NCBI GenBank assembly: GCA_951406725.2
Contig: OX597829.1
Location: 55,428,001 to 55,492,000, forward strand
DNA: 64,000 nt
Direction of reading: 5' to 3'
Source: Octopus vulgaris
Taxonomy: Eukaryota
Part shown: piece after piece, positions 1 through 13,712 of the stretch
Layout of the letters: every line of letters begins with the position of its first letter
Position numbering within the stretch: the first letter of the stretch is position 1
Translations under genes and position numbers: made by a program
Notes under the pieces: model-generated
Databases searched by the model: none
Told to the model about the DNA's origin: nothing
The model's input: the letters and a program-made list of their open reading frames with translations, nothing else

Positions 1-130
1 ATCACACAGTTATTGCAACAGTCCTTCAGTTTTTCTAAGCCCTTTAAAAAGAACTCGGAAAGTTTGGCTTCCAACCTGGCCCTTCCCGATACCCTTAATG
101 CCAGGAACTCTTCAGCACCCTACCACCTCG
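1..130 (-). mobile_element. Possible mariner transposase C-terminal remnant
   Basis: Minus strand reads SEFFLKGLEKLKDCCNNCV, resembling the mariner FFxxGIxKLxxRWxKCV terminus. Confidence 0.4.
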
Positions 131-340
131 TATGTATGAGAACGTGTGCACGATGCTGTGTCTTTCATATTCACGAACAGTTTGCAGTTAAAAACGTTTA
201 TAGTTTAAGGAAATGCGAGGCCATCTGGACTCGCTGTTACTTTTGAAGTGAAGTTTTGATCATACAAAAGCGGAGTCTTTAGATGGAAGATTTCATATAT
301 ATATATGTTTGTGTGTGTGTGTGTGTGTGTGTGATATATC

Positions 341-372
<32 letters not shown>

Positions 373-1327
373 TGTATGTATGTATGTATGTATGTATGTA
401 TGTATGTATGTATGTATGTATGTATGTATGTATGCATGCATGTATGTATGTATGCATGCATGTATGTATGTATGTATGTATGTATGTATGTATGTGTGTA
501 TGTATGTATGTATGTATGTATGTATGTATGTATGTTTGTATGTATGTATGCATGTATGCATGTATGTATGTATGTATGTATGTATGTATGTATGTATGTA
601 TGTATGTGTGTATGTATGTATGTATGTATGTATGCATGCATGTATGTATGTATGTATGTATGTATGTATGTATGTATGTGTATGTATGTATGTATGTATG
701 TATGTATGTATGTATGTATGTTTGTATGTATGTATGCATGTATGCATGTATGTATGTATGCAAGTATGTATGTATGCATGTATGTGTGTGTGTATGTATG
801 TATGTATGTATGTATGCATGTATGTATGTATGTATGTATGTATGTATGTATGTATGTTTGTATGTATGTATGTATGTATGTATGTATGTATGTATGTATG
901 TATGTATGTGTGTATGTATGTATGTATGTATGTATGTACGTATGTATGTACGTATGCATGTATGCATGTATGTATGTATGCATGTATGTATGTATGCATG
1001 TATGTGTGTGTGTATGTATGTATGTATGTATGTATGTATGTATGTATGTATGTATGTATGTATGCATGTATGTGTGTGTGTATGTATGTATGTATGTATG
1101 TATGTACGTATGTATGTACGTATGCATGTATGCATGTATGTATGTATGCATGTATGTATGTATGTATGTATGAATGTATGTATGTATGAATGTATGTATG
1201 TATGTATGTATGTATGTATGTATGTATGTTTGTACGTATGTATGTACGTATGCATGTATGTATGTATGTATGTATGTATGTATGTATGTATGTATGTATG
1301 TATGTATGTATGTATGTATGTATGTAT
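341..1327. repeat. ~1 kb (TATG)n microsatellite with CATG/TACG/TGTG variants
   Basis: Directly visible. Source of the MYVC/HTYI ORFs. Confidence 0.99.
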
Positions 1328-1658
1328 GGCAAGCTTTCTATGGTTGCACAGTGTGTTGTCCCTAGCTTTTAATACATAACACATTTATGCCGTACAGTTG
1401 TATTCCCTCGCGTATTCTGGTCTAGCGTTCATTTTTAACCGCGCTCGCATGGATCAGGCGTTGAAATTTCCCATACACAGATTAATTTTCACGCGAGACT
1501 AGAAACGAATATGCTCATTTACAACCCTCACGTGATGTCAAGACAAGGGTATAGACCGACACATACGTGTGTATATATATGTGTGTGTGTGTGTGCGTAT
1601 ATATATATTTGTATGTGTGTATATGCGTATGTGTGTATATGTATATATGCGCCCGCTC

Positions 1659-1717
<59 letters not shown>

Positions 1718-1729
1718 CATATATAATGT

Positions 1730-1871
1730 ATAAGAAGCTTGCTTCCCAAGCACATGGTTCCGGGTTCAGTCCCACTACGTGGCACGTTGGCCAGTTGTCT
1801 TCTACTATAGCCTTGAGCCGACCAAAGCATTGTGAGTGGATTTGGGAGACGGAAACTGAAAGAAGCCCGTC

Positions 1872-1914
<43 letters not shown>

Positions 1915-2115
1915 TATGTTTGCCCCGGCCGTCGCTTGACAACCGATGTCGGGGTATTTATGTCCCCATAACTTAGTGCGGCATAAGAGACCGGTAGAAT
2001 AAGTATTAGGCTTACAAAGAATACATCCTGGGGTCGATTTCTTCGGCTAAAACCCTTTAAGGCGGTGCTCCAACATGGTCGCAGTCAAATGACTGAAACA
2101 AGTAAAAGAATAAAA
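1730..2115 (+). mobile_element. SINE family A, 5'-truncated copy
   Basis: Collinear with 5377-5780 (ggttccgggttcagtcccact…gacggaaactgaaagaagcc-(TA)n…gtcaaatgactgaaacaagtaaaag). Confidence 0.88.
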
Positions 2116-2512
2116 AACTACACACACACACACACTACACACACACACACACACACATACACACACAACAGACTTCTTTTAGTTTTCATCTATCAAATCC
2201 TGTAACATCTGTGGGAAGGACATGAACAAGGAAGGGATTTCAGAGGGTCGGCGTCATGTGGAGAAGGACTCGACGTTGTGATTGATGCAGTACCCGGGGG
2301 ATGGGTGGGGTTGGACAAAATAAGGTTAAAGGGAGCAAGGGAGCGAGTGGTTTGGGAATGCCTGAGAGGAGAAAGGTGGCACGATCCCAGTTAATTCTGA
2401 GGAACAATGACTATTATAGTAGTGATAGAAGACCGAGATAGGAGGCGCCACACCCGTGGACCAGAGCTTGGAGCATGTCCGTATGATGTATGCATCAATA
2501 TGTTTATTTCTC

Positions 2513-2543
<31 letters not shown>

Positions 2544-2835
2544 ATACATACGCACATAAATACATACGTGTGTGTGTGTAATCTTGTGTGTACAGTTCGA
2601 TGTGCGGCTGCTACTGTTGCGCTCCACGAGAAAAGACCTCTGTGCGGGCTCACAATCTGCTAAATATAGCAGCCAAACATTCCTGAAATAGTACTATACC
2701 CTTCTTAAATTATGGAATGAGTGAAATGTAGTTTTGTTTATAAAACCAGACGAGATTGTATACACCCTAACACACATAATATGAATACATATACACAAAC
2801 TCATACATGTATAATGTGCATTTCTTTCATTACAG

Positions 2836-2975
2836 GTGAACAATAATGGTCACCTGACATTTGAAACGGAGCTGCCGAATTACCAGTCTATGTTAATTAT
2901 ACCATCTGGATTTAAAATGATCGCACCTTTCCTAGCCGATGTTGATACTTCGAGAACTGGAAGAGTCTATTACCG
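2836..2975 (+). CDS. Internal coding exon of a NIDO-domain protein (nidogen/alpha-tectorin/SNED1-like)
   Basis: Acceptor tttctttcattacAG|, donor |GTaagt. Translates VNNNGHLTFETELPNYQSMLIIPSGFKMIAPFLADVDTSRTGRVYY+CG, matching the NIDO-region pattern VNNNGxxSF…IAPFxADVD…GxVYYR. 140 nt, phase 0 to phase 2. Not in the ORF track. Confidence 0.92.
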
Positions 2976-3879
2976 GTAAGTACCATAATATCAATAACAA
3001 TTATTCCTCTTATAATAGACAAGGTCAATGGATGCAAGAGACTACAAAGGTAAATGACAGCACGATGTAAATATGATGGGGAACAACTGAAAACACGCAA
3101 AATAAAAGGTGACGTAAAACAATTCGTATGTACGAAGTCGTAAACCTTACTTTGCTTTGACTACCAAAAACCTAAGCCTCCTCTCCCAGCTTTGACTATC
3201 AAAAACCAAGCCCCCTCAGTTATGATCTCTAGTCTTACAGTCATATAACAGAAGAGACTTGTTCAACCAAGCTATACTTGTCATTCCAACCCATCATTCA
3301 GTGAATGTATTGGAGGACTTCCTTCTCCGCCCTTACCTTTCTTTTCCAGGGTTACTTGAAGCTGATGAGGCTTTGCTGGAAGACGAAAAATCTTGTGTCA
3401 GTTCTTACCATCTTCTCCAACATATTACCCCTTTCGCTGAGGATCATAATAATAAACTCAATTGATATTCGGTTCCTCCTAAATGCCAACAGCTGTGCCA
3501 CATCACTTTACAAATCAGCCATGTTCATTCATTCCATGCTTTCGTAGCTTTCCGTTTATGCTCCAGCAGAAACACCATTACCCTTCTTATAGGATCCAAG
3601 AGATGTCGTTTCGCAGACCGCATTGCCGAACGGTAGAGAATCGTCAGTGGTTGGCAGCGTTCCTGATAGCAGACAGCCTGTCTTGATCTACGCTTGATCC
3701 ATGACCGCAGTTACATCAAAGGGTGGAGCTGCGGAAAGACGTACCTGAGTAAAGGCGACTACACCTGTTTATTGCGTAAGAATCTCTGTAAATGTTGGTA
3801 GATGTCGGGCATCTGACCTGAGGATCCTTCTCGACTCTTCCGTTGGAAGCGATTATTATTAGTTCTGGATTTAATTCAA

Positions 3880-4688
3880 TATTTACATTTTGAAATCTTT
3901 CAGATCTACTTCATGATTTTTGTATTTTTTTTTTTTATTGTATTAAGGAATCGAAATGTTTATTTGAAGAAATACATTTTCATTTGTGGCTTTGATGATA
4001 ATATCTGGGAGGTTTGTTTTGATTTCCTCAGTTCGGACATACATGACCCAGATTGTCGAAGCCAGGTCGTTATTGCATACTAAATTTGGTACTTACACTC
4101 TTATATAATTTCCTCTCAGTTTTTATGTCGAAAGGTCGGCATATTGCCAATACCTATATCTACCAATCGTGTCATGTAAATGTATATATATTCTGACACT
4201 ACAATGTCTAGACAACCACAAATGACGTTGCCAGTCGTTTTTTTTATCGCCACATATTTAACAGTAGATGTTATCCTTTTATTTCATTATTCAGCTTTCG
4301 TAGTTTTGTGTGACTAGACAGTCATTACTTTTCTGAGTTTTTTTTTTAAGACTTTATTTCAGAGATTTTTTTAAAAGACATTATTGGTTTTTGTTTTCAC
4401 TTACTTTTCTACTCTGTTGAGTTTATTATATTTGTCAACCGTTTTATTTTCGAAATGTGCTTAAACCAGAGCTGCTTTTCTGCTTTGAATACATGCAAAA
4501 TCTTGTTTTGTATTGGCTGTGTTTTACGTAAAATACGTATAGGGTGTTGTACTGCCATTCTCTTTATTTCTCGTATATGTATACATACCGGAATTAAGAA
4601 ATTCTGGTTACCATTATCTCCAGTTCAATAAATGTAATTAATGAGAGAGACGGAGGAAGGAAGATACAATAAGATCTATTAACTATTA

Positions 4689-4738
<50 letters not shown>

Positions 4739-7425
4739 TAGAACATTTTAATTTCTTGAAATTATTTCTACATCCCTGCATCTGCCTATTATTTCCGGAA
4801 CGTTATATTCAGATATACTTCCTGGTTTTTATATTTAGACATATTTTCAAACATTTCTACGTGAATTTATAGTCTTTAAAGATTTGTACGTGACTTTTCG
4901 TTGTGTTGTGTTTAGCAGCTATTTGAAGGAAAATGGCAGTATTTATTCTGTCATGCATATATATAACATTGTCACTATTAATACCCTGTTAAAGATGCAC
5001 GTATACAACGCTGAATCCTTAAAAAACAGTAGATCTGTCCCTTCTTTTTTCTTCTTTTTAACTGTATGGTTAATGTTTTCTGAAAAATATGAGCAATTTC
5101 CGCGAGAGATATTTTCTGAACTTCATCTGTGATAAATATTTCTGTGGTTCGCAATTCCTAACTATGACTATTACCACTATTGCAATATCCAGGTTTTTAT
5201 GATTAGCAAGTTCTTCAAATTCTTTCACCGAAATGTTTTGTCATTTAGACTGTCCTTATCAATTAAAAAAACACATGATGTGGCTCTGTTGTCTTTAATG
5301 ATGTCTGGTCGGTTTGCTCTTATTTCTTTGTTCTATGTATTTGCATATCCCAGGAAATTTTCCTTTCCTCCACATAGGCGCAGGAGTGGCTGTGTGGTAA
5401 GTAGCTTGCTAACCAACCACATGGTTCCGGGTTCAGTCCCACTGCGTGACATCTTGGGCAAGTGTCTTCTGCTATAGCCCCGGGCCGACCAAAGCCTTGT
5501 GAGTGGATTTGGTAGACGGAAACTGAAAGAAGCCTGTCATATATGTATATATATGTATATATGTATGTGTGTTTGTGTGTCTGTGTTTGTCCCCCTAGCA
5601 TTGCTTGACAACCGATGCTGGTGTGTTTACGTCCCCGTAACTTAGCAGTTCGGCAAAAGAGACCGATAGAATAAGTACTGGGCTTACAAAGAATAAGTCC
5701 CAGGGTCGATTTGCTCGACTAAAGGCGGTGCTCCAGCATGGCCGCAGTCAAATGACTGAAACAAGTAAAAGGAGTAAAAAAGTATAATCTCTGTGACGCT
5801 TTTATATAATTTTCATCCAACGGTTGGTGACTTCCATTTCCTTGTATATCTTCCAAAAGAACGTATGTAGCAATCATGTCATGTGTTCTGATATATTCTG
5901 ACTGTGTACAGTGCAGGGAACCTAGCTAGTATGTGTCTGATGCTCTCGCCGGTTTCACCAATTAAAGGCATTCGAGCTTGCTATTCTGTTTCTGAATACA
6001 TCTCTGGCAATGTCTAGTTTGGCGATGTTAATCTGCATATGCAATTACCAATCACTTACCTTTTCTTGCCCTTTAGTCGGTTGGGTGTTGTATTAAACTC
6101 CTGCAGTATTCATTTTCCCAATTTCTTTCGTCTTTTAATTCTTTAACTCATTTGCTGTTTCTCACCCTTTTCTAGAATATAAGCGTATTTAGTGTTTGTG
6201 TTTTTTGACGAATAAATCGGCAAAGAACCGTTTTAATGATTTCTGTGTTTCACTGTAAATGTCACCTTTTGTTTTTGCAATGTTAGTATTATCTTGTAGC
6301 AGAAAAATGCTGTATTTTTCTTAGAGGTGTGTATGTACTCACATTGTAATTGACTATTCCATCTCAAATTATAGGAGGCTTCTTCTTGTTTTTCTATTCC
6401 ACACCAAAGCTGTAAACTTTATCTTTTCGCCGAATTCTTCCGTTTTATTTTGCGAATTGCGTTCACTTTTCAGGATCATCCTGTTTTATGAGATTCGTTC
6501 CTTTCGGATTAGTTTATCCACACAAACATGCTGAACCTATTCACATTCGGTGATACACACGCACACACGTAGGCAAGAACCTGATCATTGTTTCTCCGAG
6601 CTTTTGGTTATTCCTTACACAGTTTAGATTTGAACTTAATAGAAAAAGAGGTAAAAACGAAAGAAAAGAGGTAAAAACAAACCCGGAAATATTGCCATTT
6701 TTATAGGAACTTTGTCAGGTTGTAGGAGACCGTCCTTATGATTTATTACAATATTTCTTTTATATTTTGGTATGCTACTTTCAATTGACGTAAGGATCCA
6801 TGAATGCAGTACATTTTCATAGTTTTTTTCTTTTTCTGGTGTATCCGGGAAGTATACACATTCCTTTTGTTTTTGCATATATTCTAGTGTAACCCTGTTT
6901 ATCATTACAGGTTTATAAGTCTTCTCTGCAACTCTTCATATGGAAGTTTGTTGAAATATCTTCTTACTTAATGCCATCTATGTTAGCATTTTGAGGAAGT
7001 TAGAAAAACATGTATTCGGCACGCATTTAGTTTTACGACTATTCATTCGTCTCGGTGGATTTTGGTAAAAGGATTGGTTTTTATTGCGTCAGCCAATCTT
7101 TTTCTTTTCTTTGTGCTAGGATGGGCACCATATTACATTATTTAAGCATTTGGCCATATTTGCCTATGTAGAAATTTCAAAGTTTATCCAGTCTTGACGG
7201 TTTCTACTTCCCCCACGAGGGCTTTCTTTATAAGGCATTTCAATCTTTCGTAGTGCCACATGATTTAAATCTTCACTTGTTCAAGGGTTTGATTCATTCT
7301 ATTTGAATTCCCTGTAAAGGGTTTTAGTTTGATTACTAGAAACATTTTATGTTTAAATTGCTTAATTCGTTTCTCAAACCTCTGTGTTCTTCAACTTCCA
7401 TCTGTTGAGTGATGGTTTCTTTTAT
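3880..7425 (-). mobile_element. Highly decayed RLE-type (Dong/R4-like) non-LTR retrotransposon, interrupted by a SINE and (TA)n
   Basis: Minus-strand remnants near 4000-4230 resemble HIISGCxxL…YxxRHD and ILWD…IxxNxPDI. Many stops; boundaries approximate. Confidence 0.55.
5377..5780 (+). mobile_element. SINE family A, full length: tRNA-like head, CORE-like segment, internal microsatellite. Other copies ~9210-9580(-), 10675-11025(-), 12740-12965(-), 41793-42225(+), 46070-46450(-), 47205-47350(-), 50252-50535(+), 52305-52650(+), 61598-61750(+)
   Basis: A-box-like tggctgtgtgg, B-box-like ggttcagtccc, cttgggcaagtgtctt CORE-like motif, about 10 recognisable copies in the window. Confidence 0.9.
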
Positions 7426-7433
7426 GACTTTAA

Positions 7434-7623
7434 CCCTTTCGTTACCAGATTTCTATTTTTAAATATAACAAAGAATTTAGTGAAATAACTTAGTTATCAT
7501 TAAGTGTTAGGAACATAAATTGTGACTAAGGTTTGGTGGAAGATTTTAATTCAGAACTTTTGAAAACAAGACATTTGTAATACAGAGACAGAAGTGATTT
7601 CAGTTGCATTGGTATGGAAAGGG
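7434..7623. mobile_element. piggyBac-type MITE; second copy ~38694-38914
   Basis: TTAA|CCCTTTCGTTACC … GGTATGGAAAGGG|TTAA. The interior is shared with the 38.7-38.9 kb copy. Confidence 0.85.
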
Positions 7624-9399
7624 TTAAACTTTTTCGAGCGGCAACATTTTCGTGTTCTTGTTATGAGTATCGCTTATCCTATTTTGATTGCTGCAACCGA
7701 TGTCACGTACAATGTTTGCTTAACGATCGTTATTTCGTAATTTGTTTGCTTTCTAATAATTTCAGTTGCATGGTAAGTCGTCTGACTTGGGATCTGCCTT
7801 TTAAAATTATGTATTACATTTTGCTGGTTCGAAGTATTCATTTAATATGTGTAAATTCTGTGTTATTACATTTACTCTGTATATTAAGTTACTTCATTTA
7901 TTTATTTATTTATTTATTCCAGTAGAAATCGCTATTTCCTATTATTATTATTTCTTGGCAGTTACGCGGCGAGCTGGCAGAATCGTTAGGACGCCGAGCA
8001 AAAGGCTTAACGACATTTCGTCCGTCTTTACATTCTGAGTTCAAATGCCGCCGGGGTCGACTTTGCCTTTCGTCTTAACGAGATCGATAAAATAATTACC
8101 AGTGAAACACTGGAGTTGATGTAATCGATATAGCACTCCTTCGAAATTGCTGGTTTTATACCAAAATTTGAAACCATTCTTTGGTAGTGTCACATTGGCG
8201 TTTCCCCTTAGGTTTGTTTAATCTCTGTTAGGTTAAAAGATATGCTGTGTTCTATTCAGCCTTGATTTATGTGAGGTGTGTTATGTAGTGCAAACGATTG
8301 TACATCACTATTGTGCTTAATTCTTTTTTCATGTTCGGTTAAATTAATTTGGTTGTTAGTGTTTTAATCAACCAAATATGTATGATAATATTATTTTCAA
8401 TGAAGGCGATATGCTTAGCAGTATTTCGTCTGTCATTACGTTCTGAGTTCAAACTCCGCCGAGGTCGACTTTACCTTTTATCCTTTCGTGGTCGATAAAT
8501 TAAGTACCTGTTGCGTACCGGGGTCGATCTAATCGACTGCCCCCCTCCCCCAAAATTTCGGGCCTTGTGCCTAGAGTAGAAAAGAATATTATATTCATTG
8601 AAGGACAAATCTCGAGATCGGTTTTTCCTCAAATTTGGTGAAGTCGATTATAGGACAGGTTTAATTTAAATTAGGCGGTGAGCTGGCAGAATTGTCAACA
8701 CGCCGAACGAAATGTTTCGCAGCATTTCGACCGTTTTCACGTTATAAGTTCAAATGCTGCCGAGGTCGACTTGGCCTTTCATCTTTTCGAAGTTGATAAA
8801 TAAAGTACCATTTGAGTAGCGGGAGTTAATGTAATTGACATACCCACTTCTCTGAAATTGCAGGCCTTGTGCCAAAATTTCAAATCAATATGATCTTCAT
8901 TTAAGAACAAATCTCCGGATCGATTTCCCCTCAAATTTGGTAAATCTTTAGTTTGACGATAAAGTAGGCTTTTATAAACTTCAAGTCCAGTTCGTTTCTG
9001 CCCAACGCGTTTGTTTGTTGTTCGGTTATGATGTTCCATTTGGTTAAGTCTGTTGGATCGTATATTCTTTGGTTCTGAAAATTGTAGGAATCTCGTTGCC
9101 ATAACATTTGATACAAAAATATACCCAAAAAGTTTATAATATTGTAGATTATTATCTCTGGAATATACTGGCTGAGAACTGCGGGACTCAAAGGTGGGAC
9201 CTTTTATCTTCGATCTGTTACTAGTTTCGATCATTAGACTGCGGCCATGTTGGGGCAGCGCCTTGAAGAATTTTTAGTTGAATGAATTGATCCCAATACT
9301 TATCGTTTTTAAAGCCTGGTATTTATTCTATCGGTCTCTTTTACTGATTACGGGGACATAAACACTCCATCACCTGTTGTCAAGTGGTGGTGGGGATAA

Positions 9400-9446
<47 letters not shown>

Positions 9447-9775
9447 TATACGACGGGCTTCTTTTAGTTTCCGTCTACCAAATTCACTCACAAGGTTTTG
9501 GTTAGCCCGTACCATGCAGTTGGACTGAACCCGGAACCATGTGGTTGGGAAGTAAACTTCTTGCCACACAGCCTTGCCTGGAGGCACACATTTGTGGGGA
9601 GGGGGACAAGTCGATTATGTCGACCACAGTGTTTCACTGGTACTTAATTTATCGACTCCGAAAGGATGAAAGGCAAAGTCGACCTCTGCGGAATTTGAAC
9701 CCAGAACGTGCAGCCAGATGAAATGCCGCAAAATATTTCACCCGGCGTGCTAATGATTCTGCCAGCTCACCACCT

Positions 9776-9821
<46 letters not shown>

Positions 9822-10810
9822 GCATCAACAGCAATTGTAATAATCTACACAAGTTGCCACCCTAAAATATACTAATTATACTCTGCCCAATTACTACCCA
9901 GTAAAATAACGAGTCATACACCCGATGTTATACAAGCAACAATCCACCACAACCGACATTCACATACTCTATACAGTTACCACCCAACAAAACAACACAA
10001 CTTAGGTTGCACATAATCTGCACAAGCAGACGGAAGTGTGTGTGTGTGTGTGTGTGTTATTGCAACGAAAATAATTGCAATATGAATGCCAGTGTTATTT
10101 TGCGAGTTATTTAGGTATGTGTTGCAGTGTTGATTATGTATTTGTATCCATATTTTTTTTTATCATTCTCAATATTGTTTAAAAACCGTTGGGTGGTGAG
10201 CTGGTAGAAACCGTAGGGCACCGAGGTGGCACGCTGACAAAACGCTCAGCGGCATTTCGCCCGTCTTTACGTTCCGAGTTCAAATTCCGCAGAAGTCGAC
10301 ATTGAATTCCCTCCTTTCGTGATCGACTTATCTCCAGGCTTTGTGTTAAAATCTGAAACCAATATTTTGGAGAAATCCTATATATGGTTTTAACTATTTC
10401 CAGATCTTTATATTTTGACACTTTTCTATTTATTTTTGAGGTATCTTTTGTAGCTATCTTGTTTCTTTCTTTAGGTGCCATTTTCAGAATAAGCAATCAT
10501 GTCCTGCCATAATTCTCTGTTCTTTGTTGTCTGTAACAGTTTCACTTCCTGATGTTTAATGCCTTTTCCTTCCAACCAATTCCTCGAGATTGGCATCCAG
10601 ATCATCCTACTCCTTTCTCTGCTTCTTTTACCTTCAGTCTTTGCGGTCATTGTTAAATTCTCCCTGGGCCCTCTGGAGCGTACGATTTCTTTTGCCGGTC
10701 CGCTAAGTTACGGGAACGTAAACAAACCAACACCGGGTTTCAAGAGGAAATACACACACGCGTACACACATCTCTGTTGTTTGTCTGGCTGTCTGTCTGT
10801 CTGATACACT

Positions 10811-10856
<46 letters not shown>

Positions 10857-12668
10857 ACACACACATGCAACAGGTTTCTTTCGGTTTCTGCCTACAAAAT
10901 CCACTCACAAGGCCTGGGGCTCTAATAGAAGACATTTGATCAAACTGTCATGCAGAAGGACTTGAACCCTCGACCATGTGGTTGAGAAGCAAACCTCTTA
11001 CCACACAGCCATGCTTGTGCCTCTTCGCAGTGTTGACATAGTTTCCAATATGTAAATTACAAATTGTTTTAAATCTGTTAAAATACTCCTTGGGGTTAGA
11101 ACTTGATAAAAACAAGGCAAAGATATTCTGAAATTACTTTTTGTATTTGGCGTTGAACTGCACTTTTGGTAGTTTCTGATTAAAAAGACTTTGGCAGAGT
11201 GCCGCAAAGAACCTCATTCGATTCCAGCTTGTGTTAAGAACTCTGCTTGGTTTAGTTAGCTTGGGAAATTTTCAAGTAAGGGTCTTTTTTGGCAAGGTCT
11301 TAACATAACATTTTGTAATCCCATTTTCATCTCATTTTCACAAAGTTTCAATAATTTAAAATACTTTCTTCTACAGTTTCATTATTCAGCCAGAGTCTGT
11401 TCTCTCAGTTTCCCTGTTTTATATTTGTTGGTTAATTTGAGGAAGGAAAGCGGTTTTCTAACTATTTGGACTTGTTATTCAAAGGGGGTATCCTTCTACT
11501 GTGTTCGCCAATAACAGCGCAGCTTAATTTCCGTCAAATCACATCCCACCATCTTAAAAAAAAAGGTGTGCGTGTGTGTGTATGGGGAGTGGATTCATAA
11601 TAACTAATGTATAAACCCCGACTCCATATAAAAATATAAATAAAACCCCGGTATATTCACGTCTGAAATACTTTTGTTATGTCTAGTCGAGCATAGTTGT
11701 AAGTAAACAGCAGCAACAAGATATATCCACTTTACTGCAATACAAATTTGATGATTTTCAAGACTCAGTAAGGTTCCACCATCCTATATTTGTGGTGAAT
11801 ATCTTTGTCAGGATTTGATTGGTGTATTCTAAATGCAATCTTTTCTTTTCTCTCTTTTACTTTTGTTTATTGCGTCATTTGGTGTCTTGTCGAGAATTTT
11901 ATAAACGTAACATATCACTAACACAGCTTGGTTACTGATACCTATTATGCCTTATTTTATTTGTCTATTTATTGCATTTAGCTACTTCGGTATTATAAAC
12001 TTCTTTAAAAGCATTAATCTAATGTGTATGCAATATTTTACGAAGGGTTCGTAGCGATGCCTGAGTCCTCACAAGATTCTGGGCATAAATGAATACCAGT
12101 TGAATTGTTTATCTACCGCTGAGAACTTTTGGCCAAAATACATTGGACAACTTCGACAAATATCGGATATGGTTAGAACAAAAGAGGAGTCGTATCAATT
12201 CACGATACGCTCTTCTAAAAAGGAAGTGTCGCCATACGAGATATGCAAGAATACCGTTTCAGAATCCGAAGAAACTTTACCATTTTTTTTGTCTCACACT
12301 CAGATAAATGGGCAGCCTAAATACGTCGGATTCTTCTTCTTCCCACGTTTTATAAACATCTCCAAACTTCACTGATTTAAGACCACCCTCACCACCAGTT
12401 TCCTTAGGCTGTGCTGTTTACTTTTATTTACTGTCATATATTTATTCCATCGCTTTTTGTAGCTATTTTGGAACCATTTCCTTCGGACTCGCAATGCAGT
12501 GTTTATGTTTCTGCTGGTTTTTGGGTTGTATTTCTTAACATTGTCGCGGTGGATGATTTTCACATTCTTTTGCAGACAATTTGAGTGTCGTTGTTTCTCA
12601 ACATTTTGTCAATTTTTTTCTCTCTCTCTCTCTTACTCCTCTGAGCGCTCACTCTGTCTGCTTGCTTG

Positions 12669-12718
<50 letters not shown>

Positions 12719-13051
12719 GTCAATGCATGTGTCATCTATGAAAGTTGACGTGTGTATGTGGTGAGGGTGACCAACACCAGCACAAAACTAACGCACACAG
12801 ATTTATACGCGACGGGTTTCCAATTTCCGTCTACCAAATTCGCTTACAAAGCATTAGTTGGCTTGATGCTATTGTAGAAGACGCTTAAGGTGGCGTGAAG
12901 TGGGGCTGAACCCGAAACCACGTGGTTATGCAACGAGCTTCTTACGTGCACAGCCTTGCCTTTGCTAGTAATATATTGATATTTGTTAAACAACTAGTAT
13001 ACAATCTGTTTTCCTTGTACCACTTTATTTGATCGCTATAACATGTAGTTT

Positions 13052-13209
13052 CAGGGGCGGACTGAGCCATCGGTCAATCGGGCACTGCCCGAGGGTCCGG
13101 AGCTCCGAGGGGCCTGCACTCTACATGTTAACTCTTTTAAAACACACATTCAAAGGGTCCCAGTAAAAAGTTATGCCCGAGGGTCCTTAATGCTCTCAGT
13201 CCGCCCCTG
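13052..13209. mobile_element. hAT-type MITE, 158 bp
   Basis: Perfect 15-bp TIR CAGGGGCGGACTGAG/CTCAGTCCGCCCCTG and perfect 8-bp TSD TGTAGTTT (13044-13051, 13210-13217). Confidence 0.95.
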
Positions 13210-13311
13210 TGTAGTTTTATCTTCAGGATTCTACTTTGCACGGATTACACATTATCACATCATGTCTCGCATGTCGATAACATCGCGATGATAATTATGG
13301 GGTTGACTGAA

Positions 13312-13712
13312 GGCGGTGAGCTGGCAGAAACATTAGCACGCCGGACGAAATGTTTAGCGGTATTTCGTCTGCCGTTACGTTCTGAGTTCAAATTCCGCCG
13401 AGGTCGACTTTGCCTTTCATCTTTTCGGGGTCGATAAATTAAGTACCAGTTACGCACTGGGGTCGATATAATCGACTTAATCTGTTTGTCTGTTCTTGTT
13501 TGTCCCCTCTATATTTAACTCCTTGTGGATAGTAAAGAAATAGGTATTTCGCCTGTCTTTATGTTCTGAGTTCAAATTCCGCTGAGGTCGACTTTGCCTT
13601 TCATCCTTTCGGGGTCGATAAATTAAGTACCAGTTGTGTACTGTGGTCGATCTAATCGATTGGCCTTCTTTCCCTCAAAATTTCGGGCCTCGAGGTTAGA
13701 GAAGAAAAGAAT
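13312..13712 (+). mobile_element. SINE family B (Meta-domain-like), two units in tandem. Other copies ~7965-8180, 8405-8590, 8673-8890, 9585-9775(-), 10190-10360, 19837-20070, 26225-26430(-), 42235-42410, 45770-45960, 51048-51270
   Basis: Head ggcggtgagctggcagaa…gagttcaaattcc (B box), then gactttgcctttcatcctttcggggtcgataaattaagtaccag, which resembles the Meta central domain as I recall it. Confidence 0.88.

Noticed and set aside
279-1384. 280-360 aa ORFs in all frames
   Set aside because: Translations of (TATG)n, which has no stop codons. Not genes.
3355-3405. Hammerhead-like CTGATGAggctt…aagacGAAA…GTC on +
   Set aside because: Stems I and III do not pair convincingly. Chance or too decayed to support.
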